A stretch of 64,000 nucleotides of DNA from Porticoccus sp. (GCA_002733125.1 NVUM01000009.1:11451-75450); one strand, 5' to 3'. Shown: positions 48,414 through 60,022, numbered from the stretch's first letter. Notes: a model not told the origin generated them from the letters alone. Translations and numbers: made by a program.

Positions 48414-48994
48414 TCTGCGTCACCATTTTTCTTTAAATCAAACTTAAAATGATTTGTGCCTGTGGTGGTAACCTTTATGTCTGACGGCGAGTTATAGTCG
48501 ATGAACCCAAATTTTCGGCCGCTGGCATCTCTGAACGCTTGTGCGAATATTTTGGGGATTCGTTCGTTTACTTTCTCGTAACAGGTGTAAATCTGATCTG
48601 TGTTAGGAGCCTCTATGCCCAGTTCGTCCACCAAGAACTTCATGAATAGAAGAATCTTCTCTGGATGGTTTTTGGGACTATATTGGCTATAAAAGTTGGT
48701 CAAGGCCGACGTGTCTAAGTTTTTGTCAAGCTGAGGGGAGTTAGCTGATATTGCTGGACCTTCCTCTGTGGCGCTTGGTTTTGGTTGGGTCGTGCGCCGT
48801 GGACGACTCCTGGCTTTAGGTGCCTTCGAGTCGGTTGGAGGGAGGTTATCAGTGTTTGAGTTAACTTGAGTGCTTACCGGTTTTGATATCAGAAGTTGCT
48901 CTTTGAAATCTGCATAAATTTCGCGGACCATCTCCGGATCACCCTCAACATCGATGATCCCTTGTGAAAGATTGATGTGCAATTTTGTGCTCAT
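48410..48994 (-). CDS. Hypothetical protein with wHTH-like C-terminus
   Basis: IDVEGD N-domain, P/S/T linker, FY..YSPKNHPEKILLFMKFL...KVTTTG; GGAGG RBS. Confidence 0.75.
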   Translation of the reverse strand: MSTKLHINLSQGIIDVEGDPEMVREIYADFKEQLLISKPVSTQVNSNTDNLPPTDSKAPKARSRPRRTTQPKPSATEEGPAISANSPQLDKNLDTSALTNFYSQYSPKNHPEKILLFMKFLVDELGIEAPNTDQIYTCYEKVNERIPKIFAQAFRDASGRKFGFIDYNSPSDIKVTTTGTNHFKFDLKKNGDAE

Positions 48995-49028
48995 GTAGGC
49001 CTCCGCGCCTCTTTCAGTTAATTCATGA

Positions 49029-49559
49029 TCAGTAGGTGTTGTTGCTGAGCATTGCCTCTACCGCTTTCTTCCCTTCATAAGTAACTTTGAATGTCTTGCG
49101 TGCCTGTTTCGATGATCCAGATTTGCGAAGCTGGACCACGACTTGGGGTTTTGTTTTGGTGAGGCTGTCAAAGGCGCGAGTGATATTTCCAACGCCATGT
49201 CCCATGTGCTTTAACATGGTGTTAACACTCTGCGTGTCCACATTGGCTTGACCTTCCTTGTACTGGAGCCAATAGCTTGTCACGAGAGCTTTTTCTGAGT
49301 CAGAGTTAGGCTGCGTGGCTGCATACATTTCTGCAAAATCTTCAAACTCTAAGGGGTCAAGACTGGCTGCGGTTGCCGATACTTGCGGGTGAGCTGTTGG
49401 GGCAACTTCCTTGGTGTGTTGTGCTGATGGCTCAACCCCATACATGTCGTTTGCCCAGCGAAGGACGCGGTGTATTGACTCACTTTCAAGGCCTTCCATG
49501 GCCTCGGCTACTTTCTTCATCGACTCAAGCTCTGCTAGTGGGTTTGGAGTGTCGCTCAT
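49029..49559 (-). CDS. Hypothetical protein with wHTH-like C-terminus
   Basis: Helical N-domain, linker, MY...QPNSDSEKALVTSYWL...FKVTYEG; GAGG RBS. Confidence 0.75.
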   Translation of the reverse strand: MSDTPNPLAELESMKKVAEAMEGLESESIHRVLRWANDMYGVEPSAQHTKEVAPTAHPQVSATAASLDPLEFEDFAEMYAATQPNSDSEKALVTSYWLQYKEGQANVDTQSVNTMLKHMGHGVGNITRAFDSLTKTKPQVVVQLRKSGSSKQARKTFKVTYEGKKAVEAMLSNNTY

Positions 49560-49822
49560 CTAGAAGTCCTCGGTTTTAGGAATTGTTGGTCACTTTATCA
49601 CCAGCAAAACTATGCGTCAATAGGGTATGATAGTAACGTAAGAGAATGTGTGCATAAACACATACGTTAACGACTAGAGCGTAACAAAAGTGCGTAATAA
49701 AATAAAAAAAGCAATATAAAACAAAGAGATATGGAGATTAAGTATTGCTTTGATGGGTGTGGTTGGTGGGGTTTTAGTACGAGGTATCTGATCGGACTTC
49801 AGCGTTAGCATGTTCTGAAAGC

Positions 49823-49851
49823 AAAAAAAAGCCGCACAAAAAGGTGCGGCT
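49823..49851 (-). terminator. Rho-independent terminator downstream of the tRNA
   Basis: Minus strand AGCCGCAC-CTTTTT-GTGCGGCT followed by a T-run. Confidence 0.85.
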
Positions 49852-49859
49852 GGGTGTAA

Positions 49860-49936
49860 TGGTGGGCCTTGCTGGACTTGAACCAGCGACCAATCGATTA
49901 TGAGTCGACTGCTCTAACCAACTGAGCTAAAGGCCC
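49860..49936 (-). tRNA. ileX: tRNA-Ile2 (CAT anticodon, lysidine type)
   Basis: GGGCCTTTAGCTCAGTTGGTTAGAGCAGTCGACTCATAATCGATTGGTCGCTGGTTCAAGTCCAGCAAGGCCCACCA; ileX-like sequence downstream of rpoD. Confidence 0.92.
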
Positions 49937-50048
49937 TTTGAGAGGCAGGGATAGCAGTGTCTGTGTCATTGCTGTCCAAGGTATTCGTCTTGTTATCTTG
50001 CGTTGCCGGGGCGGGGTTCTTGCTGTCCCGGCAGGTTGTTTCAAGAGG

Positions 50049-51866
<1,818 letters not shown>

Positions 51867-51974
51867 ATACGATCTGCTGTCACGTTGGGGCAAAATAGGA
51901 CGCCGGATTATACGGTAATAATCCGGCGCTGTCTTACCTGATTTTCGGTATGGCTGCAATTAGCCAGCTGTTGG

Positions 51975-53897
51975 TTATCTTGGCTTCGATTTTGCAAGGA
52001 CTTGATTGAAAAGCGCTTTTACCTCGTCTGTCCGTTGATCCGATGGCAGTTTCGACCAGGCATTATTCAGCTGCTTAAGGTCATGGTCATCGACGGTCTC
52101 CCTGGTTGCCAGGAACTGAATCACCTGTAGTGGTTCAAGTTTCAGAATCGACTGGCGAAGCAGCTGATCCTGAATCTCCTGAAACTCTTTTTCATTGTCC
52201 CTGAGGCTGTTTGCCACGGGCCTGAGCAGATCGGTGGCAGCAATTTTAGCCAGTCGATCCGCCTGCGCGGGGTCATGCATTCCCCGCCAGTAACCCAGTA
52301 TATGATTGAGGCTGTATCCCGGGTTTTCAAGGATGAGCTCGACCAGTGGCACTAAAATATCCAATCCTTCGATATCGAGTTTGCGCAGTGCGTCCAGATC
52401 CGTGACCAATTTCGCCAATTCTGGATGGTTGGCCAGCAGGGCGATCAGCGTGTGCACTGGAGGCATTTTGATTCGCTTCTGGTGGCCAGCCTGAACCGGC
52501 TGGTCGCTGTCGCCCCGGGATACCGGTTCTTCCTCGGGGTAAACGGGGTAGTCCCAATCCGGTTGTGGCGGCTGGTACACCGGTTTGCCTTGGGGTTCCT
52601 CCGGCTCCATGTAATCGCCCAGCGTGGCAATATCCAGACCAATTTTGTCGGCGACTGCCCTGAGCATCAGTTCGCGGAAGACGCCGCGCGGCATGCGTTT
52701 GATCATCGGTGCGGCCTGCTTCCACATCCTTGCCCGGTTATCGGGGCTATCGGTGTTGAGGCCCAGTGCCATGGTCTCCATAAGGAACTCGGAGATAGGG
52801 GTGGCCGACTGCACGGTTTCAAGAAATTTATCCGGACCAATCTGTCGCACCGTAGAATCGGGGTCTTCGCCACTCTCCAGGAACATGAACCGTGCCGAGC
52901 GCCCGTCAATCATCAATGGCAGACAGGTATCCAGTGCCCGGCTGGCCGCACCGTTGCCAGCCGCGTCACCGTCAAAACAGAACACCACTTCGGGTGTGTA
53001 GCGGAACAATTTTTCCAGGTGATCAGTGGACGCGGAGGTCCCGAGTGTGGCGACCACATTGAAGATGCCGTGCTCAAAAAGCATGACCACGTCCATATAC
53101 CCTTCTACCACGAGCATAAAGGGGATCTCACGCAGTTCCTTGTTCGCCTCGTAGAGACCGTAAAGCTCCCGGCCCTTGTGAAACAATGGTGTTTCGGGTG
53201 TGTTCAAATACTTGGGTTTTTCTTCTGTCAGGACGCGGCCACCAAAACCGATGGTACGACCGCGGATATCCCTGATAGGAAACATGATGCGATGGCGGAA
53301 ACGGTCGTAAACCTTGTGCTTCTCCATCTGGTCGATGACCATACCGCTCTCTTTGAGCAGTTTGATATCGTGATCAGTGTGACCCATGTGGTTGAGCATG
53401 TTGTCCCAGCCGGGCGGCGCAAAGCCGATGCCGAACTTGCGGGCGGTCTCTCCGGAAACGCCGCGGGACTTCAGATAATAAACGGCTTCAAAAGCGAAGT
53501 GATGGTGTCGCAGGGCGTTGCGGAAAAAGCGGTCAGCCTGCTCAAGGGTCTGATAGAGCGCCTTGCGTTGTTCTGTCGCCGCATCGCTGGGCCCGGCTTC
53601 GCGGGGAACGTCCAGACCAGCCTGTTTGGCGAGGGTTTCAACGGCTTCTGGAAATGCAACTCTGTCAAAATCCATGACAAAGCCAATGGCATTGCCGCCG
53701 GCGCCGCAACCAAAACAATAATAGAACTGTTTATCCTGGCTTACTGTAAACGAAGGGGTTTTTTCATCGTGAAAGGGGCAGCGGGCTGAGTGGTTTTTAC
53801 CGGATTTTCGCAGGTCAACCCGACTGCCGACGACATCTACAATATCGACGCGATCCAGCAGGTCGTCGATAAAGGTTTGTGGAATCTTGCCGGCCAT
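51975..53897 (-). CDS. dnaG: DNA primase
   Basis: CPFHDEKTPSF, KYLNTPET, VEGYMDV, FDGD.AG, DPD. Confidence 0.97.
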   Translation of the reverse strand: MAGKIPQTFIDDLLDRVDIVDVVGSRVDLRKSGKNHSARCPFHDEKTPSFTVSQDKQFYYCFGCGAGGNAIGFVMDFDRVAFPEAVETLAKQAGLDVPREAGPSDAATEQRKALYQTLEQADRFFRNALRHHHFAFEAVYYLKSRGVSGETARKFGIGFAPPGWDNMLNHMGHTDHDIKLLKESGMVIDQMEKHKVYDRFRHRIMFPIRDIRGRTIGFGGRVLTEEKPKYLNTPETPLFHKGRELYGLYEANKELREIPFMLVVEGYMDVVMLFEHGIFNVVATLGTSASTDHLEKLFRYTPEVVFCFDGDAAGNGAASRALDTCLPLMIDGRSARFMFLESGEDPDSTVRQIGPDKFLETVQSATPISEFLMETMALGLNTDSPDNRARMWKQAAPMIKRMPRGVFRELMLRAVADKIGLDIATLGDYMEPEEPQGKPVYQPPQPDWDYPVYPEEEPVSRGDSDQPVQAGHQKRIKMPPVHTLIALLANHPELAKLVTDLDALRKLDIEGLDILVPLVELILENPGYSLNHILGYWRGMHDPAQADRLAKIAATDLLRPVANSLRDNEKEFQEIQDQLLRQSILKLEPLQVIQFLATRETVDDHDLKQLNNAWSKLPSDQRTDEVKALFNQVLAKSKPR

Positions 53898-54010
53898 AGA
53901 AAAATATCGGTGGTCAGTTAATAAACCCTGGCCAGGCCGAAATACATGGATTTTTATCAGTTGGCCGACCAGAATGAGCTATACAGCTTAGCGGCAATAT
54001 TGTTCCCTAT

Positions 54011-54460
54011 CTAGCCTAATTTTGCCTTTACCAGGCCGCTCACAGCACCGACATCCGCTCTACCCTGGATCTGGGGTTTGAGTACTGCCATGACTTTTCC
54101 CATATCGCGCATGGATTCAGCACCGCTTTCTGCAATCGCGGCAGTGACCATACTGGCAAGCTCTGCGTCGCTGAGTGGAGCGGGAAGAAACGTCTGGATG
54201 ACCTCAATTTCCGCCTGTTCCTTTTCGGCCAGTTCAGGGCGGTTGGCGCTTTCATACTGGGCGATGGAATCGCGGCGCTGTTTCACCATTTTGTCGAGTA
54301 CCGCCAGGACTCTGGCGTCGTCCAGCTCGATGCGTTCGTCCACTTCAATGCGTTTCAGTTCCGACAAAATCAATCGGATCGCGCCCAGCCTTTCCTTGGC
54401 CTTGGCGCGCATCGCCTCTTTCATTGCCTCGCTAATCTGCTTTTTCAGGGTATGGCTCAT
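54011..54460 (-). CDS. GatB/YqeY domain protein
   Basis: KQRRDSI.QY, DMGKVM, GRAD; between rpsU and dnaG. Confidence 0.92.
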   Translation of the reverse strand: MSHTLKKQISEAMKEAMRAKAKERLGAIRLILSELKRIEVDERIELDDARVLAVLDKMVKQRRDSIAQYESANRPELAEKEQAEIEVIQTFLPAPLSDAELASMVTAAIAESGAESMRDMGKVMAVLKPQIQGRADVGAVSGLVKAKLG

Positions 54461-54478
54461 AATCTGTTCCTCAAACGC

Positions 54479-54503
54479 AAAAAGCGCCGACATTGCGGCG
54501 CTT
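54479..54503 (-). terminator. Terminator after rpsU
   Basis: Minus strand AAGCGCCG-CAATGT-CGGCGCTT-TTT. Confidence 0.75.
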
Positions 54504-54540
54504 GATGGATAGCTATCTGTTCTGCCTGATCGGAATCAGA

Positions 54541-54756
54541 TCAGTACAGACGCTGGAATTTCTTCGTTTCGCGAGACTGCTTCTTGGCGTGGCGTTTTAC
54601 CGCGGCAGCCGCCTTGCGCTTGCGTTCCCAAGTGGGCTTTTCAAAAAATTCACGGCGGCGCACTTCTGCCAGCACACCGGCTTTTTCACATGAGCGTTTG
54701 AAGCGGCGCAGAGCCACATCAAAGGGTTCGTTTTCTTTAATTCGAACGAAGGGCAT
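54541..54756 (-). CDS. rpsU: 30S ribosomal protein S21
   Basis: [20 protein letters not shown]. Confidence 0.98.
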   Translation of the reverse strand: MPFVRIKENEPFDVALRRFKRSCEKAGVLAEVRRREFFEKPTWERKRKAAAAVKRHAKKQSRETKKFQRLY

Positions 54757-54950
54757 GTAACCTCTATCCTGTTCTGTTCATTGGTCGTGTTGTACCCGAT
54801 CAAAGGTGCAACGTTCAAGGGCGCGTATTCTATACACTTCCCGCAATGGTTGCAAAACTTTATCTGGCCGCTGGTCGGTTGGGCTAACTGCATGAATTGG
54901 CGACTTTTTTGGCGTATGATTGCGCGTTTCCGAACAGGGGATAAGCGGCG

Positions 54951-55988
54951 GTGCGAGTACTGGGAATAGAAACATCCTGCGATGAGACCGGTGTGGCTGT
55001 GTACGACAGTGATCGCGGCCTGCTGACCCACGTTCTGTACAGTCAGGTGGCCGTTCACGCCGAATATGGCGGTGTCGTTCCCGAATTGGCCTCCCGCGAC
55101 CATGTGCGAAAACTGTTGCCGTTGATCAGACAGGTGATGGCGGAGGCCGACCTGTCGGCCAAAGACATCGACGGGATAGCCTACACAGCTGGCCCCGGAC
55201 TGATCGGCGCCCTGATGGTGGGTGCCAGTCTGGGGCGCGCGCTGGCGTACGCCTGGCAGATACCAGCCATCGGTGTGCATCACATGGAGGGCCATTTGCT
55301 GGCCCCGATGCTGGAAAAAAATCCTCCCGACTTTCCTTTCGTGGCACTGCTGGTATCCGGTGGCCATACTCAATTGATCGAGGTGCAGGCTATTGGCCAG
55401 TACCGGATTCTCGGCGAGTCCGTGGATGATGCGGCGGGCGAGGCCTTTGACAAGGCGGCCAAAATGCTCGATCTGGATTACCCGGGTGGGCCTGAAATCG
55501 CCAGGCTTGCCCTGCAGGGTGATGTGACACGGTTTCGCTTTCCCCGCCCCATGACGGATCGCCCCGGGCTGGATTTCAGTTTCTCCGGACTGAAAACCTA
55601 TACCCTGAATACCATTGCCGAACATAGAGGCGACGATGTGCTGCCGGATCAGCAGACCATGGCCGATATCGCCTGTGCTTTTCAGGAAGCGGTGGTGGAT
55701 ACACTGGCGATCAAATGCCGCAGGGCGTTGGAGCAGACCGGTTTGACCACACTGGTGATTGCCGGGGGTGTCTCGGCCAATAGCCGTTTGCGCGAAAAAC
55801 TGGGCGACAGCCTTGCCAGGGTCAATGGCCGGGTTTTCTATGCCCGCCACGAATTTTGTACCGATAACGGTGCCATGATTGCCTATGCCGGGTGTTGCCG
55901 GCTGATGGCAGGCCAACAGGAGGACCTGGCTATTCGCACGTTGCCGCGCTGGCCAATGGATACCCTGCCCGCGCTGGCTGTGGAGTGA
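54951..55988 (+). CDS. tsaD: tRNA threonylcarbamoyltransferase TsaD
   Basis: [32 protein letters not shown]. Confidence 0.97.
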   Translation: MRVLGIETSCDETGVAVYDSDRGLLTHVLYSQVAVHAEYGGVVPELASRDHVRKLLPLIRQVMAEADLSAKDIDGIAYTAGPGLIGALMVGASLGRALAYAWQIPAIGVHHMEGHLLAPMLEKNPPDFPFVALLVSGGHTQLIEVQAIGQYRILGESVDDAAGEAFDKAAKMLDLDYPGGPEIARLALQGDVTRFRFPRPMTDRPGLDFSFSGLKTYTLNTIAEHRGDDVLPDQQTMADIACAFQEAVVDTLAIKCRRALEQTGLTTLVIAGGVSANSRLREKLGDSLARVNGRVFYARHEFCTDNGAMIAYAGCCRLMAGQQEDLAIRTLPRWPMDTLPALAVE

Positions 55989-55993
55989 TATCG

Positions 55994-56350
55994 ATGGACA
56001 TTGTCTATATTCGGAACCTGCGCATTGCCACCATTATCGGCGTTTATGACTGGGAGCGGCAGGTGCGCCAGATCGTCAGTCTTGATCTGGAAATGGGTGC
56101 GGATATCAGCAGGGCGGCCGACACCGACGATATTCAGCACACCCTCGATTACAAGGCTGTGGCAGACCGGTTGACGGCGTTTGTCGGCGGCAGTGAATTC
56201 CTATTGCTGGAAACCATGGCGGAGCAGGTGGCGACGATCGTGCTGACGGAGTTTTCGGTGCCCTGGCTGCGTTTGCGTATCGGCAAGCCAGACGCAATTG
56301 CCGAGGCAGACGACGTGGGCGTTTTGATTGAGCGGGGTGCAGGCCGCTGA
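55994..56350 (+). CDS. folB: Dihydroneopterin aldolase
   Basis: IGVYDWER, LDY, LLE, KP; start ATG 55994. Confidence 0.95.
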   Translation: MDIVYIRNLRIATIIGVYDWERQVRQIVSLDLEMGADISRAADTDDIQHTLDYKAVADRLTAFVGGSEFLLLETMAEQVATIVLTEFSVPWLRLRIGKPDAIAEADDVGVLIERGAGR

Positions 56351-56901
56351 TGCAGGCACAGGTCTATCTCAGTCTTGGCAGCAACATCGACCGGGATCAC
56401 TACATTGTGGTGGCGCTGGATGCCTTGGCGGACCAGTTTGGCGAGCTGGAGATATCTTCTGTCTACGAAAGTGAGTCCGTGGGCTTTGTCGGCGATAATT
56501 TTTACAATCTGGTGGTGGGGCTCTGCACGGAACTGTCTGTCGGTGAGCTGTCCGGGTATCTGAAGGCGCTGGAGTATCGCCACGGACGTCAACCCCATTG
56601 TGCCCGCTTCAGCAGCCGAACGCTGGACATCGATATCCTGACCTATGCAGATCTCACCGGCAGTGTGGACGGGGTCACGCTGCCACGCGGTGAAATTCTG
56701 GAAAACGCTTTTGTCCTCTGGCCATTGGCAGAATTGGCCCCCGGTGGCCAGCATCCGTTGCTGGGTACCAGTTATGAAACTCTTTGGCGCAACTATTCTG
56801 ACCGGTATGACCGGCGCGGCCAGTTGCTCTGGCCGGTATCCTTTTGCTGGCGGGGTAGTGAGCTGTCGCGGTTGATGGGTAACGGCACCGGAGTATCCTG
56901 A
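56350..56901 (+). CDS. folK: HPPK (dihydropteridine pyrophosphokinase)
   Basis: LSLGSN, SSVYES, RTLDIDIL, FVL.PL. Confidence 0.93.
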   Translation: MQAQVYLSLGSNIDRDHYIVVALDALADQFGELEISSVYESESVGFVGDNFYNLVVGLCTELSVGELSGYLKALEYRHGRQPHCARFSSRTLDIDILTYADLTGSVDGVTLPRGEILENAFVLWPLAELAPGGQHPLLGTSYETLWRNYSDRYDRRGQLLWPVSFCWRGSELSRLMGNGTGVS

Positions 56902-56923
56902 TTAACGCTGGCGATTTGCCGGT

Positions 56924-57244
56924 TCAGGTGGCACAGGCGATGCAGAGGTTGGTGTAGGGGACCGCCCTGAGTCGTTCCACGGAGATTTCCCCACCGCACT
57001 GGCTGCAAAGGTTATAGGTGCCGGATTCGATGCGTTCAATCGCCCGGTTGACCAGGGAAAGTTCCTGCCGTGCTTCATTGCCGAGGGCTTCAACGACTTC
57101 GTCGTTCTCGCGCTCCTGAGCCTGTTCTTCCCAATCCCTGGAGTGAGCCTGGGAAATATCGGCTTTGAGGTTGGATAGCCGGTCTGCGAGCTCCGTCTGA
57201 CGGGTGTGCAATTGTTGCTTGATGGCTTGAAGTTCAGGGGTCAT
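56924..57244 (-). CDS. TraR/DksA C4-type zinc finger protein
   Basis: AIERIESGTY..CSQCG.EI..ERL.AVP...LCIAC; DWEEQA coiled-coil tip. Confidence 0.9.
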   Translation of the reverse strand: MTPELQAIKQQLHTRQTELADRLSNLKADISQAHSRDWEEQAQERENDEVVEALGNEARQELSLVNRAIERIESGTYNLCSQCGGEISVERLRAVPYTNLCIACAT

Positions 57245-57275
57245 GGATGGCCTTGTCAGAAAAAGTGACCAAACC

Positions 57276-57289
57276 TTGATTTTCATTAA
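57276..57289. promoter_or_regulatory. FNR/Anr-like box
   Basis: TTGAT-TTTC-ATTAA, one mismatch. Confidence 0.5.
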
Positions 57290-57330
57290 TTGAAGGTTCG
57301 GCCACAGGGTTGAAAGTAAGACAGTATGTT

Positions 57331-57768
57331 CTATTTGATCTTGATGCGCTTTTGCTCCGGTTCTGCCTTGGCAACTTTCGGTGCCGTCAGTTTCAGTACC
57401 CCGTCCTTGAAGGAGGCTTTGATATCTTCCTCGTGGACATCGCCGCCCAGATCAAAGCTTCGCACATACCTGCCATAGCGGCGTTCCTGGCGAATGACCT
57501 TGCCCTCTTTTTCTTCCTTTTGTTCCTGAGTGGTTTCTGCCTCCAGACGCAGCACACCGTTTTCCAGGGTGATCTTGATATCCTCTTTTTTGATACCGGG
57601 CATTTCTGCCGTGATTTCGTAGTGATCGTTCTTGTCCAGAATATCTACCCGGGGTGAAAAGAATGAGCCGGGGGTATCCACTTCACTGCTGCGGGCTGGT
57701 GCCCAGAAGTCGTCAAAAAAACGATCCATGTCGAAGAAACTCCCTCTCGCTCTTGGTATTAGTGACAT
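57331..57768 (-). CDS. Hsp20/alpha-crystallin family protein
   Basis: PRVDI, EMPG..KEDI, ERRYGRYVRSF, FKDGVL. Confidence 0.95.
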   Translation of the reverse strand: MSLIPRARGSFFDMDRFFDDFWAPARSSEVDTPGSFFSPRVDILDKNDHYEITAEMPGIKKEDIKITLENGVLRLEAETTQEQKEEKEGKVIRQERRYGRYVRSFDLGGDVHEEDIKASFKDGVLKLTAPKVAKAEPEQKRIKIK

Positions 57769-57859
57769 GATGCATCTCCATTAATGTTGAATTTTTTCAG
57801 GTTCGAACAGTGCTCGGAAAGCATAGTTCAAATTTGTGCTTTCAAGTATCTGTTAGACA

Positions 57860-57888
57860 AGTTGGGATCTGTATTCAGCGTTTTCAAG
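57860..57888 (-). promoter_or_regulatory. Sigma-32-like promoter
   Basis: Minus strand CTTGAAA-N14-TCCCAACT upstream of hsp20. Confidence 0.5.
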
Positions 57889-57917
57889 ACGTAAAAGGGC
57901 TATGGGTTGATGTTTGT

Positions 57918-57931
57918 TTGATCTGTATCAA
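57918..57931. promoter_or_regulatory. FNR/Anr consensus box
   Basis: Perfect TTGAT-CTGT-ATCAA upstream of hsp20. Confidence 0.7.
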
Positions 57932-57934
57932 GGG

Positions 57935-58672
57935 CTAGATATTGAGGTGGCTACCGCCGTCTACTGCAATGATCTGTCCGGTGATATAGCTGGCGTCAGT
58001 GGCCAGAAAGAGGGCCATGCCTGCAATATCACGGGGGTGGCCGATCCGTTGTAAAGGCACACTCTGGGTGACCTGCTGTTTGACTGTTTCGCTCATCTGT
58101 TCATCGTGGTTTGGCCAGAGAATGACTCCGGGGGCAACCCCGTTGACACGCACCTGGGGTGCCAAATCCCGGGCCAATGCCTTGGTCATCATGGCGTTGC
58201 CGGCCTTGGCAATGCAGTAGATACTATAACCCGCCAGTGGGCTGCGAGCATAAATATCGGCAATATTGATAATGCTGCCGCGCTGTTTACGAAGTGACTT
58301 GACGAGGCTTTGGCAGAGGAAAAAAGCCCCCTTCAGGTTGCTGTCCATCAACTGGTGCCACTGCTGTTCCGACGCCTCTTCAAACGGTGTCGGAAAAAAC
58401 CCGGAGGCATTATTCACCAGCACATCGACGCGATCCTGCCAGGCCATTACCTCGGCTGCCAGTTTGTGAATGGCATTGCTGTCACCCAGGGCCGCCGAAA
58501 AAACCGCGACCGAGTTCCTGCGCTGGGCGTTTAACCTGTCGGCCAGAGCCTGGGCCTCCCCGGTTGAGTGGTGGCAGTGGAGCGCCACGTCAAATCCTGC
58601 ATGGTGAAAAGTGCACGCAATTTCAGCACCAATGCGTCGTGCAGCGCCGGTTACCAGAACAACCCGGTTCAT
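57935..58672 (-). CDS. Pteridine reductase (FolM-like SDR)
   Basis: TGAARRIG, VNNAS, YCIAK, RVNGVAPG; coupled to cca. Confidence 0.88.
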   Translation of the reverse strand: MNRVVLVTGAARRIGAEIACTFHHAGFDVALHCHHSTGEAQALADRLNAQRRNSVAVFSAALGDSNAIHKLAAEVMAWQDRVDVLVNNASGFFPTPFEEASEQQWHQLMDSNLKGAFFLCQSLVKSLRKQRGSIINIADIYARSPLAGYSIYCIAKAGNAMMTKALARDLAPQVRVNGVAPGVILWPNHDEQMSETVKQQVTQSVPLQRIGHPRDIAGMALFLATDASYITGQIIAVDGGSHLNI

Positions 58673-59898
58673 TTATGACAGGGCTCCCGCAGGTTGTTGA
58701 GAATAGCCAGTCGACGCTGCTCAATAGCCTGACCGAGCTGTTTGCCGCTCAATCCCTGCTGCAGAAATTCACTGGCACTGACCTCCCGAACCGCATCGCA
58801 GGCACGGCGCAACCACTCGCCGGGTGTGTAGGGCTGTTGTTCAAATCCCAGACGACCCCTGGCATCGGCTTCACAGCATTGAACGAAGCGGCTCAGCTTG
58901 ACCGGATCGCGCAAAGCACCAATTTCCTGCAGCAGTCGCAGGGTGGTGGCAGCTTTCAGGTGAGGTGCCTTGTGGCAGTTGAGGTGATGTCGTGTCACGG
59001 CCACTGCCAGTTCGCGGAACCGGTTGGGAACCCGCATTCGATCGCAAAGTTGATTGACCAGTTTGACACCGCTGGCCTCGTGACCAATATGGCGGGGCAG
59101 AACCTCTGCCGGGGTCATGGCTTTGCCGAGATCATGTACCAGTACGGCGAAGTGGACAGCGGGGTCGTTGCTCAATATGGCTGCCTGATCCAGTGCCATC
59201 AGGACATGCAGCCCTGTATCAATTTCGGGGTGGTAATCCGCCCGCTGCGGTACACCGAACAGGGCGTCAACTTCCGGAAACAGCGCCTTGAGCGCACCGC
59301 ACTGGCGGAGCACGTCAATGTAGGTTCGCGACGATCGCTCAGCCAGTGCGCGCTCCGTTTCCATCCAGACCCTCTCGGCGGAGAGATACTGCAATTCGCC
59401 GCTGTGGGTGATGTTCGTCATCAATGTCAGGGTTTCCGGAGCAACGGTAAAACCAAGGTGTGCGTACCGTGCGGCAAAACGCGCTACCCGCAGGACGCGC
59501 AGGGGATCTTCCGCAAAGGCTGGCGAGACATGCCGCAACACCCGTTGCTGCAAATCCCGCTGGCCGCCATAGGGGTCAATCAGATTGTCATTGCTATCCA
59601 TCGCCATGGCATTGATGGTGAGATCCCGGCGGCTGAGGTCTTCTTCCAGAGTAATGTCGGAGTCGGTGCAGAACTGAAAACCCTGATAGCCTCTGCCGGA
59701 TTTTCGCTCGGTGCGGGCGAGGGCGTATTCCTCGTTGCTCTGCGGGTGCAGAAATACCGGGAAATCCTTACCCACCGGGCGGTAGCCCCGGGCCGTCAGT
59801 ATTTCCGGTGTACCACCGACCACGACCCAGTCCCTTTCATGAACCGGGTAGCCGAGTAGTTTGTCTCGGACGGCACCGCCGACCAGATAGACTTCCAT
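58669..59898 (-). CDS. cca: Multifunctional CCA-adding enzyme
   Basis: YLVGGAVRD, VGKDFPVFLHP, RRDLTINA, HPEIDTG, HDLGK. Confidence 0.97.
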   Translation of the reverse strand: MEVYLVGGAVRDKLLGYPVHERDWVVVGGTPEILTARGYRPVGKDFPVFLHPQSNEEYALARTERKSGRGYQGFQFCTDSDITLEEDLSRRDLTINAMAMDSNDNLIDPYGGQRDLQQRVLRHVSPAFAEDPLRVLRVARFAARYAHLGFTVAPETLTLMTNITHSGELQYLSAERVWMETERALAERSSRTYIDVLRQCGALKALFPEVDALFGVPQRADYHPEIDTGLHVLMALDQAAILSNDPAVHFAVLVHDLGKAMTPAEVLPRHIGHEASGVKLVNQLCDRMRVPNRFRELAVAVTRHHLNCHKAPHLKAATTLRLLQEIGALRDPVKLSRFVQCCEADARGRLGFEQQPYTPGEWLRRACDAVREVSASEFLQQGLSGKQLGQAIEQRRLAILNNLREPCHK

Positions 59899-60022
59899 AG
59901 GTGATTTCCAGTGTGAATGGCTATGTTAACAGTCGTGCCACCGGGCAGGTATCATTGGCTGAAAATTTACAGAATAAAGAATAACCTGTCATATACTCGG
60001 GGAAATCAAGCGGGAGCGGGAT

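Larger units (their letters stand above)
41069..49905. mobile_element. Phage-satellite-like integrative element in tRNA-Ile2
   Basis: 47-bp att repeats, tyrosine integrase, AlpA/Xis, DUF3987-like protein, DUF5681-like protein, AT-richer cargo. Confidence 0.9.

Noticed and set aside
49860-49936. tRNA-Met call from the CAT anticodon
   Set aside because: Sequence and position match ileX-type tRNA-Ile2; lacks initiator features.
52425-53789. 454-aa plus-strand ORF
   Set aside because: Antisense shadow of dnaG.
54597-55916. 439-aa minus-strand ORF
   Set aside because: Antisense to tsaD and overlapping rpsU out of frame.
58387-59859. 490-aa plus-strand ORF
   Set aside because: Antisense shadow of cca; no motifs.
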